Of a DNA stretch of 44,779 nucleotides, positions 20,835 through 28,246 are shown piece by piece. Source of the stretch: Myxococcota bacterium (GTDB taxonomy: Bacteria > Myxococcota_A > Polyangia > Polyangiales > Sandaracinaceae); the NCBI GenBank assembly GCA_036149055.1, contig JAYZQJ010000120.1:1-44779 (forward strand), read 5' to 3'. The notes under the pieces are model-generated. The model did no database searches. It saw only the letters and a list, made by a program, of their open reading frames with translations, and had not been told where the DNA came from. The stretch's first letter is position 1; each line of letters opens with the position of its first letter. The position numbers were made by a program, and so were the translations under genes.

Positions 20835-21628
20835 TCGAACCTCGGATCGCGCTTCTCGGTCCAGGCGTCGTAGGCCTCGCGGAAGTCCGGATGCTGCATG
20901 CAGATGGCCTGGGCCTGCGCCTCGGCCTCGATCCCGGTGGCGAAGTCGACGTGCGCCTCGTACTCGAGCATGCGCTTGGTCATCGCGTGCGCGAACGCCG
21001 GCCCCTTCGCGAGCCGCTCCGCGAAGGCGCGCGCCTCGGCGCTCACGTCGTCGCACACCTGGTTGACGAGCCCGATCTGCTCGGCGCGCTCCGCCTTCAC
21101 GAACTCGCCGGTCAGGAGCAGCTGGCTGGCCCGGCCGAAGCCGACGATCCGGGGCAGGAGCCAGGCCGCGCCCATGTCCGCGCCGCTCAGCCCGACCTTG
21201 GGGAAGAGGTAGGCGATGCGGGTGTCCGGCGCGGCGAGGCGCACGTCGCAGGCGAGGGCGATCACCGCGCCGGCGCCGCAGCACACGCCGTGCAGCGCGG
21301 CGATCACGGGCGGGCGGCTCTGCCGGATGGCCTGCACGAGCGCGCCGGTCATGCGGGTGAACTCGAGCAGCCCGCGCATGTCGCGCGAGAAGAGCTCGCC
21401 GATGATGTCCTCGACGTCGCCCCCGGAGCAGAAGCCGCGCGGCCCCTCTCCCTGGAGCACGACGGCGCGGACCTCGGGGTAGCCGTCCTTCAGCGCGCGG
21501 AACAGGTCGCGGAGCTCGGCGTAGATCTCGAAGGTCAGCGCGTTGATCCGGTCGGGTCGGTCGAGGGTGATCGTCGCCACCCCGGCGTCGTCGAGGGACC
21601 AGCGGAAGGAGCGCGGAGAGAGGGTCAT
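20831..21628 (-). CDS. Enoyl-CoA hydratase/isomerase family protein
   Basis: ITLDRPDRINALT, FCSGGDV, PVIAALHGVCCGAG, LFPKVGLSGADMGAAWLLPRIVG. Confidence 0.93.
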   Translation of the reverse strand: MTLSPRSFRWSLDDAGVATITLDRPDRINALTFEIYAELRDLFRALKDGYPEVRAVVLQGEGPRGFCSGGDVEDIIGELFSRDMRGLLEFTRMTGALVQAIRQSRPPVIAALHGVCCGAGAVIALACDVRLAAPDTRIAYLFPKVGLSGADMGAAWLLPRIVGFGRASQLLLTGEFVKAERAEQIGLVNQVCDDVSAEARAFAERLAKGPAFAHAMTKRMLEYEAHVDFATGIEAEAQAQAICMQHPDFREAYDAWTEKRDPRFE

Positions 21629-21647
21629 CGGGGGATCGCCTTCTTCA

Positions 21648-22043
21648 TCAGGGGAGGACGGCGGTGGCCTCGATCTCGACGAGCGCGCCGTCCTCGAGCA
21701 GGTCGGCCACCTCGACGAGGGCCATCGCCGGAAAGTGCTTGCCCATGTGCTTGCGGTACGCGGCGCCGATCGCCCTCGTCTCGGCGAGGTAGCGGCGCTT
21801 GTCGGTCACGTAGAGGGTCAGCCGTCCGATGTGCTCGGCCTCGCCGCCCGCCGCGCGCACGACGTCCATGACGTTCGCGAGCGCCTGGTCGAACTGCGCG
21901 GTGAGCTCGTCGGACACGAGCTTCGACTCGCGCGTCCAGCCGATCTGGCCGGCGACGAAGAGGGTGCGGCTGCCGGTGAGGACGACGCCGTTGGAGTAGC
22001 CGCGCGGGGGCGCGAGGCTGTCGGGATTCACGATCTCGGCCAC
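21648..22043 (-). CDS. RidA/YjgF family protein
   Basis: NPDSLAPPRGYSNG, FVAGQIG, QFDQALAN, FPAMALVEV..L....LVEIEATA; GTG start at 22043. Confidence 0.9.
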   Translation of the reverse strand: MAEIVNPDSLAPPRGYSNGVVLTGSRTLFVAGQIGWTRESKLVSDELTAQFDQALANVMDVVRAAGGEAEHIGRLTLYVTDKRRYLAETRAIGAAYRKHMGKHFPAMALVEVADLLEDGALVEIEATAVLP

Positions 22044-22091
22044 GGGCGCGAACGTACCCGATCCGCCTTCGTGTGCTAAGGCTCGGAGGAC

Positions 22092-22367
22092 ATGGCGAAG
22101 CGGAAGAAGCGTCGCGGCGGGAGCCGGAGCAAGCCGGCCGAGGCCGAGGAGATCGAGGCGACGGAGGAGGAGGAGGCCGAGGGCGTCGAGGAAGACGACG
22201 ACGCGGCCGAGGCGTCCGCCCCCGAAGAGGCGCCCTCCCGACCCCTCTCGCCCGGCGTGCCCGACCCCGACGGAGAGAACGTCTCGACCGGCGGCGGCCT
22301 GGTGATGATGGGGATCGTCTTCGGGCTGATCGTGCTCGCCGTCGCCGCCCAGTACTTCATGGAGTAG
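22092..22367 (+). CDS. Small protein with basic N-terminus, acidic tract and C-terminal TM helix
   Basis: GGAGGA RBS before ATG; KRKKRR, poly-E/D, GLVMMGIVFGLIVLAVAAQY. Confidence 0.65.
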   Translation: MAKRKKRRGGSRSKPAEAEEIEATEEEEAEGVEEDDDAAEASAPEEAPSRPLSPGVPDPDGENVSTGGGLVMMGIVFGLIVLAVAAQYFME

Positions 22368-22600
22368 CTGGCCGCCCGGCCGAAATTGGTCGGGATCTCC
22401 AGCGCCTTCGCTGGCATCGGCAGTGCATCTCCTCACGGGTGGCGCTGCCGGGTGGCCTCGGGAGTGTCATAGAGGTGCGCGGAACGAGGGGTTCTCGGTC
22501 TGCGCCCGTTGACGCAGTGCGTAAGAGCCTTCGCACTCCCGGCCGGGAGCCGCGTAGGGATCTGCGCACTCGAACCCCCCAGGAACGCGGAGAGAGCGAG

Positions 22601-23587
22601 ATGAGCGAGATGAGGTCAGGTCGCGAGCTCATTGCCGCCACGAAGCCCTTCCAGAAGGAGAGCAAGGCGCGCAGCTGGTTCCACGTGCTGGAGACCTTCG
22701 GCGTGATCGCCGGGCTCACCGCGCTGGCGGTCGTGATGCCGCAGTGGTGGGTGAAGCTGCCGGTCGCGCTGCTGAACGGTCTCGTCGTCGTGCGCGCCTT
22801 CATCCTCTACCACGACTTCATGCACAACTCGCTGCTGCGCGGCTCCAAGCCCGCGAAGTGGGTGATGTACGCCTACGGCGTGCTCGTGCTGACCCCGCCG
22901 AAGGTCTGGCGTCAGACGCACAACTACCACCACGCGCACACCGCGAAGATCGTCGGCTCGCACGTGGGCAGCTACCTGATGGTCACCACGGAGATGTGGT
23001 CGCAGATGAGCCGCAAGGAGCGGTTCATGTACAAGCTGATCCGCCACCCGCTGACCATCCTCTTCGGCTACTTCACCATCTTCCTCTACGGCATGTGCCT
23101 CAGCTCGTTCTTCCGGAACCCGAAGAAGAACTGGGACTCGATGCTCGCGGTGGTGGTGAACCTCGCGCTGACGGTGTCGCTCTGGTGGGCGTTCGGCTTC
23201 GAGGTCTTCTTCTTCGCGTACTTCGTGCCGCTCTTCGTGGCGACCGCGACCGGCGCCTACCTCTTCTACGCGCAGCACAACTTCCCCGAGATGGACGTGC
23301 AGCCGCGGCACGAGTGGGAGTACACCCACGCCGCGCTCCACTCCTCGAGCTACATGAAGACCGGCCCGATCATGGGCTGGCTCACGGGCAACATCGGCTA
23401 CCACCACGTGCACCACCTGAACCCGGGCATCCCGTTCTACCGCCTCCCCGAGGCGATGAAGGGCATCCCCGAGCTCCAGACCCCGCACGCCACGTCGCTG
23501 CACCCGAAGGACATCGTCGCCTGCTTCCAGCAGAAGCTCTGGGACCCCGAGCAGCAGGTCATGGTGGGGTACCCCAAGGGGACGTGA
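22601..23587 (+). CDS. Membrane fatty acid desaturase (Bacillus Des/delta-5-like)
   Basis: Three His boxes HDFMH, HNYHH and HHVHH; LFYAQHNF; IPFYRL; TM segments; GGAGAG upstream of the ATG. Confidence 0.92.
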   Translation: MSEMRSGRELIAATKPFQKESKARSWFHVLETFGVIAGLTALAVVMPQWWVKLPVALLNGLVVVRAFILYHDFMHNSLLRGSKPAKWVMYAYGVLVLTPPKVWRQTHNYHHAHTAKIVGSHVGSYLMVTTEMWSQMSRKERFMYKLIRHPLTILFGYFTIFLYGMCLSSFFRNPKKNWDSMLAVVVNLALTVSLWWAFGFEVFFFAYFVPLFVATATGAYLFYAQHNFPEMDVQPRHEWEYTHAALHSSSYMKTGPIMGWLTGNIGYHHVHHLNPGIPFYRLPEAMKGIPELQTPHATSLHPKDIVACFQQKLWDPEQQVMVGYPKGT

Positions 23588-23605
23588 CCCCGGGTCCCCG
23601 ACCCG

Positions 23606-23625
23606 GCCCCGTGCCCCTGCCCGCG
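23606..23625 (+). repeat. 20-bp intergenic motif, copy 1 (GCCCCGTGCCCCTGCCCGCG)
   Basis: Identical to 44626-44645; lies 18 nt after the desaturase stop. Confidence 0.6.
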
Positions 23626-23692
23626 AAGCCGTCGTAGACGCACTGATCTCGCCGACAGGCCGCCTCCGCCGCGCGCTGCTAGAGTCCGCGCC

Positions 23693-24871
23693 GTGCCACA
23701 CCGGCGGCAGCGGTTCCTCGCCCTCGGCGCGATGGTCACCATCGCCCTCCTCGCCGCGGGCGCCATCTGGTGGGCCATCGCCCCCCGCAGCCAGCATCAC
23801 CTCGACCCGCTCTTCACGGGTGAGGTCGAGGATCAGCCCGCGTGGCCGCCGCCGGCGCCGGCCGACTTCGCCACCGAGGTGGCGACCAGCCGCGCGCTGC
23901 GCGCCCTGACCGAAGACCTCCAGTTCGACTCCGGCATCCCCGACGCCGGGCTCCCCCGGCTCGAAGGCGACGTGCCCGGGCTCCAGGTCCGCACCGGCTG
24001 GGCCGAGGGGCTCTACTACGTCGAGGCGGTCTTCGGCCGCGGCGTCGGCTTCGACGATCCCATGCCGATGGCGGTGCTCATCCACGGCCGCGGCGACCGG
24101 GCCCGGATCCCGGGCGGCCCGTTCTGGGGCCTCGGCGCCCCGCTCCGGGTGATCGTGCCCCAGGCCCCCGATCCCCTCGGCGAGGGCTTCGAGTGGCTGC
24201 CGGTCCGCGTCGGTCAGAACCTCGTCGATCGCCTGACGACCAGCATGCTCCAGCGCGCCGGACAGATCGCGCGCATGCTGCACGAGCTGACGGTCACGCT
24301 GCCCACCGTCGGCAAGCCGATGGTGGTGGGCTTCTCCCAGGGCGGCCTGCTCACCTTCACGCTCGCCGTCCAGCACTCCGACATCGTGCAAGCGGCCTTC
24401 CCGCTGGCCGCCTGGCTGCCGCCGGCCCTCGTGCCCGCCTACAAGCGCACCGACGTCGGCTACCCGCGCATCCGCGGCATGCACGGCACCTCCGACACCG
24501 TCATCTCCGTCGGCCCGACCGAGGAGGTCTACGCCCTGCTCGACGAGCGCGAGTTCGACGCGGAGCTCGTGCTCTTCGACGGCGTCGCGCACGAGATGAG
24601 CGAGGAGATGAACGCGCAGCTCCACGCCTGGCTGGCCGAGGAGCTCGGCGTCGTCGTCGACCGAGCGCTCCGGCAGGGGCTGCTCGACGGCGGCGTCCGC
24701 CCGTGCCCGCCTCCGGGCTGGCCCGTCGGCGCGGGCTGGCCCGACGCCGGCCTCCCCGAAGCCGGCTGGCCCGACGGCGCCTTCCCCGACGCCGGCCCCT
24801 GGTGGGACTGCCCCGACGGCGCGATCGGCGACGCCGGCCCGGCCGCCGACGCGGGTTCCGCGGTCCCCTGA
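23693..24871 (+). CDS. Membrane-anchored alpha/beta hydrolase (phospholipase/carboxylesterase) with C-terminal GWPDA-type repeats
   Basis: N-terminal TM; LIHGRG, GFSQGG nucleophile elbow, HGTSD, GVAH (Ser-Asp-His triad). Confidence 0.85.
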   Translation: MPHRRQRFLALGAMVTIALLAAGAIWWAIAPRSQHHLDPLFTGEVEDQPAWPPPAPADFATEVATSRALRALTEDLQFDSGIPDAGLPRLEGDVPGLQVRTGWAEGLYYVEAVFGRGVGFDDPMPMAVLIHGRGDRARIPGGPFWGLGAPLRVIVPQAPDPLGEGFEWLPVRVGQNLVDRLTTSMLQRAGQIARMLHELTVTLPTVGKPMVVGFSQGGLLTFTLAVQHSDIVQAAFPLAAWLPPALVPAYKRTDVGYPRIRGMHGTSDTVISVGPTEEVYALLDEREFDAELVLFDGVAHEMSEEMNAQLHAWLAEELGVVVDRALRQGLLDGGVRPCPPPGWPVGAGWPDAGLPEAGWPDGAFPDAGPWWDCPDGAIGDAGPAADAGSAVP

Positions 24872-24890
24872 GCTCGGGTACCCTGCGCGG

Positions 24891-26111
24891 ATGCGTGGCC
24901 TGCCGTGCGTGCTCGTGTCCGGTCTGCTCGTCGCCTGCGCGGCGGAGGTGCCCGAGGGGCCCATCGCGCCGCCGCCGGGCGGAAAGGCCGACGTCTGGGG
25001 AAGCGACGACCGGACCGAGACCGGCGCCGGGAGCGCGGCGGTGCGGGAGCTGGCGCGGACCGGGGCGATGCTGCTCGCCGCCGGCTACCTCGAGACCCGC
25101 ACCGACGGCGCCGGCCGGATCACCGGCTATCGGTTGAACGAGCACACCCAGACGCTCCAGGCGCGCTACGGCCTCTGTCCCGACGTCCGCTTCGCCGACC
25201 AGCCGGCGGTGGGCTTCTGCTCGGCGACCCTGGTCGCCCCGGACCTGGTGCTCACCTCGGGCCACTGCCTCTCGCGCACCGGAGGCAGCGCCGAGACCGC
25301 GCGCTGCGAGGACGTGCGGGTGATCTTCGACTTCGTGGTGGATGGCGGAGACGTGCGCTCCTTCGGGGTCGACGACGTCTACGCCTGCGCCCGCGTCGAG
25401 GCGCTCCGCAACGAGGACAGCCCGGAGAACCTCGACTGGGCCCTGGTGCGGCTCGACCGACCCGTCGAGGGGCGCGCGCCCGCCGCCCTCCTGCGTGGGA
25501 CGCCGCGGGCGGGCGAGGCGGTGATCCAGATCGCCCACCCGTCGGGCCTGCCCCAGAAGCTCGCGCCCGGCACGGTGACCGACGCCTCGGACTTCCTCAC
25601 CTACGGTCGGCACGAGGACGTCTCGTTCTCCTACGACGCAGACCTCTTCGGTGGCGCCTCGGGGGGCAGCGTCTTCGTGACGGCGCGCGGAGCGCTCGCG
25701 GGCGTGCCGGCGGCGTTCAGCGGTCGCGACTACGTGAGCCGGCCGGACGGCCTGTGCAACGTCGTCGGCGTGTGCGGTGACAACACCACCTGCACGACGC
25801 CTCCGCTCGCGTGCGCCACGTCGACCATCCTCCGCCACCTGGAGCGCGACGCGCCCCACCTGCTCGAGGAGCTCCGGCTGGTGGGCGAGGCGGACCCGCC
25901 GCCTCCGCCGTGCGCTCACTCGTGCGCGGACTACCGCTACGCGGAGGGGGAGTGCGCCCACGACTGGCGCTGCGTCGACGGCTGCCTGGAGCCGACGTCG
26001 TGCGCCGACGTCTGCGAGCGGGAGTGCCGCGACTACCTGTTCGCCGAGGGTCAGTGCTACGGCGCCTGGCGCTGCACGGACGGCTGCCTCGAGCCCGCCG
26101 AATGTGATTGA
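24891..26111 (+). CDS. Trypsin-like serine protease lipoprotein with two C-terminal Cys-rich repeats
   Basis: Lipobox LVAC; CSATLV, LTSGHC (His), DWALVRL (Asp), GASGG (Ser). Confidence 0.88.
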   Translation: MRGLPCVLVSGLLVACAAEVPEGPIAPPPGGKADVWGSDDRTETGAGSAAVRELARTGAMLLAAGYLETRTDGAGRITGYRLNEHTQTLQARYGLCPDVRFADQPAVGFCSATLVAPDLVLTSGHCLSRTGGSAETARCEDVRVIFDFVVDGGDVRSFGVDDVYACARVEALRNEDSPENLDWALVRLDRPVEGRAPAALLRGTPRAGEAVIQIAHPSGLPQKLAPGTVTDASDFLTYGRHEDVSFSYDADLFGGASGGSVFVTARGALAGVPAAFSGRDYVSRPDGLCNVVGVCGDNTTCTTPPLACATSTILRHLERDAPHLLEELRLVGEADPPPPPCAHSCADYRYAEGECAHDWRCVDGCLEPTSCADVCERECRDYLFAEGQCYGAWRCTDGCLEPAECD

Positions 26112-26126
26112 GCAGCCGTCGGCGCA

Positions 26127-26894
26127 TCACTCGAGGAGGAGCGCCTGGGCGCCGCGGCCGAAGGTGCCGCGGCCGTCGCAGAGGCGGGTCTCGGCGAGGC
26201 CGACGCCGGTGGGGGTCGCGTGGGTGCGGGCGTCGAGGCCGATCCACTCGCCCTCGGGCGGGCGGAAGAGGTGCACGGTCAGCTCCGGGTTGATGAAGGT
26301 GCGCGTGCGCCAGTCGAGCACCGGGCTGACCCCGTTGCCGCTGTCGGCGGCGACGAGCGCGCGGGTGAGCGGGGAGGGCGCCTCGCCGGGGAGCAGCGGG
26401 ATCCGCATGCGCAGCCAGAACGCGGTCGGGCCCTCGCCGAAGACGCCGGCGACCCGGCGCAGCTCGACCGCCGTGTGGTAGCCGATCGGCGTGTCGAAGA
26501 ACGGGAAGACGAAGGGCTCGCCTCCCTCCGGCGGCGGCAGACGAGGGGTCTCCTGCGCCGGGGCCGCGATCTCGGCGGAGCGCACCGCGACCAGCGACGC
26601 CTCGGCCACCGCCCGATCGTCGACCATGAGCCGGCCCCGGATGCGCTGCACGCGGCGCCCTCCGGCGGGCGGCTCTGCCTCGATGTGCACGACCCCGAGC
26701 GGGATCGGGCGCAGCAGCTCGACCGTCACCCGAGCGACCTCGAGGCCGTCGGGCAGCGCGGCGGCGAGGTCGCGAGCGAGCAGCGCGCTCGGCGGCCCCG
26801 CGTGCTGATGGTCGCGGCTCCACGGGCCGCGGCAGGCCTCGGTCGCGCGGTAGCGCCCGGCCTCGAGCGCCTCGTAGAAGCTCGACGGAGTCAT
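26127..26894 (-). CDS. Acyl-CoA thioesterase family protein (double hotdog, TesB-like)
   Basis: GPWSRDHQHAGPPSALL, VELLRPIP, AADSGNG, FINPELTVHLFRPPEGEWIG; ATG 26894 overlaps the upstream stop. Confidence 0.85.
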   Translation of the reverse strand: MTPSSFYEALEAGRYRATEACRGPWSRDHQHAGPPSALLARDLAAALPDGLEVARVTVELLRPIPLGVVHIEAEPPAGGRRVQRIRGRLMVDDRAVAEASLVAVRSAEIAAPAQETPRLPPPEGGEPFVFPFFDTPIGYHTAVELRRVAGVFGEGPTAFWLRMRIPLLPGEAPSPLTRALVAADSGNGVSPVLDWRTRTFINPELTVHLFRPPEGEWIGLDARTHATPTGVGLAETRLCDGRGTFGRGAQALLLE

Positions 26895-28045
26895 CAGCCG
26901 GCGGAGAGCTGGGGGCGCTGCTCTCTCAGGCTGCCCGGGCCGTCGATGAAGTAGGCCATCGCGCTGCGTCCGATCGCGAGCGTGCCCGCGCCCGCGACGC
27001 CCGCGCCGACCAGGCTGCCGGCGCCGGGGACCAGCTTGGCGAGCTGCTGCGCGCCCCAGCGGAGGCCCATGCCGGCGCCGCCGACCACGCCGACCGAGGC
27101 GAGCCACTCGCTCGCCGCCTTGCGATCCCACGGGCGGCCGCTGAGGTAGGCGATCCCGGTGACCATCGCCGCCTGGAGCGGGAGCAGGACGAACGCGTCG
27201 GCGAACGGGATCGGGGCCAGGCCCACCGTGACCGCGAGCGCCGAGCAGCTGTTGACCAGCGCGCGCCCGACCCGGCGCCGCGCCTCGCGCCCGACCTCGA
27301 ACGCGCGCACCGCCTCGAGCTGCGCCGCCTCGGGGAGCCGCTCCACGATCGCCTCGCCGACCGCCTCGACGTTGTAGCGCGGGGCGCTCACGTCGCGGTT
27401 GGGCAGGGCGCTGACCGCGAGGAACGAGTCGTCCGGCTGGCCGAGCTCGGCCAACGCCTTGCGGACCGCCTGCAGCGACAGCTCGATCCCCTGGGTCTTC
27501 TCCTGCGGGTAGGGCAGCGGCACGAAGCCGGGCGGCACCGCGTCGGCCTTGGTCACGACCACCACGATGGGCGCCTTCTCGCCGTCGGCGTCGAGGTGCT
27601 TCTGCAGCGCCTCGAGCGCCTCCTTCAGCGCCGGCGCGTCCTCCCGCTCGCGGCCCGCCTCGAGCACGCCGAGCAGGAGATCGGGGCGCTGCTCCTCGAA
27701 GCCCCGCCGGGCGAGCTCCAGCAGCGCCGCGCGTCCCTCTCCGGAGGGCAGCTCCATCCAGTCGAGCCGCCGTCCGTCGGCGTCGATGTGCACCCACCGG
27801 CCCGGGTCCGGCGCCGGCATCACGCCGCGCTCGCCGAAGGTCATCGCGTGGATCAGCGCGTTCGCGAGCGCGGTGCGCCCGCTGCCCGCCGGCCCCACCG
27901 CCGCGATCCGGGGCGCCCGGCGATCGTAGAGCAGCCGGCGGAGGGCGTTGAAGTCGCGCTTGACCGAGGAGACGAAGGGCAGCCGGTCGACCACCTTCAC
28001 CCAGTCCTCGATCTCCTCGTGCTCCCGCTGCCAGACGTCCTTCAT
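26894..28045 (-). CDS. Era/MMR_HSR1-like GTPase fused to a DUF697 (YcjF-like) domain, degenerate G1/G3
   Basis: GPAGSGRT (G1), TKAD (G4), VSA (G5); C-terminal PIPFADAFVLLPLQAAMV and Gly-zipper KLVPGAGSLVGAGVAGAGT; GGGAG RBS before ATG 28045. Confidence 0.75.
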   Translation of the reverse strand: MKDVWQREHEEIEDWVKVVDRLPFVSSVKRDFNALRRLLYDRRAPRIAAVGPAGSGRTALANALIHAMTFGERGVMPAPDPGRWVHIDADGRRLDWMELPSGEGRAALLELARRGFEEQRPDLLLGVLEAGREREDAPALKEALEALQKHLDADGEKAPIVVVVTKADAVPPGFVPLPYPQEKTQGIELSLQAVRKALAELGQPDDSFLAVSALPNRDVSAPRYNVEAVGEAIVERLPEAAQLEAVRAFEVGREARRRVGRALVNSCSALAVTVGLAPIPFADAFVLLPLQAAMVTGIAYLSGRPWDRKAASEWLASVGVVGGAGMGLRWGAQQLAKLVPGAGSLVGAGVAGAGTLAIGRSAMAYFIDGPGSLREQRPQLSAG

Positions 28046-28246
28046 CGCGACTCCCGATCTCGCCCCGGAGGGCGCCGATGGCAAGGCTCCATGGCAACCG
28101 CGGGGGCCGGCGTCCCCTTCCACCGGCTACTCCAGCAGCCACCTGACCACTGTTCAAGTGCGCGAGATCATTGTGCCTGGATCCGGTACGCTCCGTGCAC
28201 TAGAGCGCACCCAGCGCTTTCGCCCGGCGCATCTCCGGAGGTCCTC

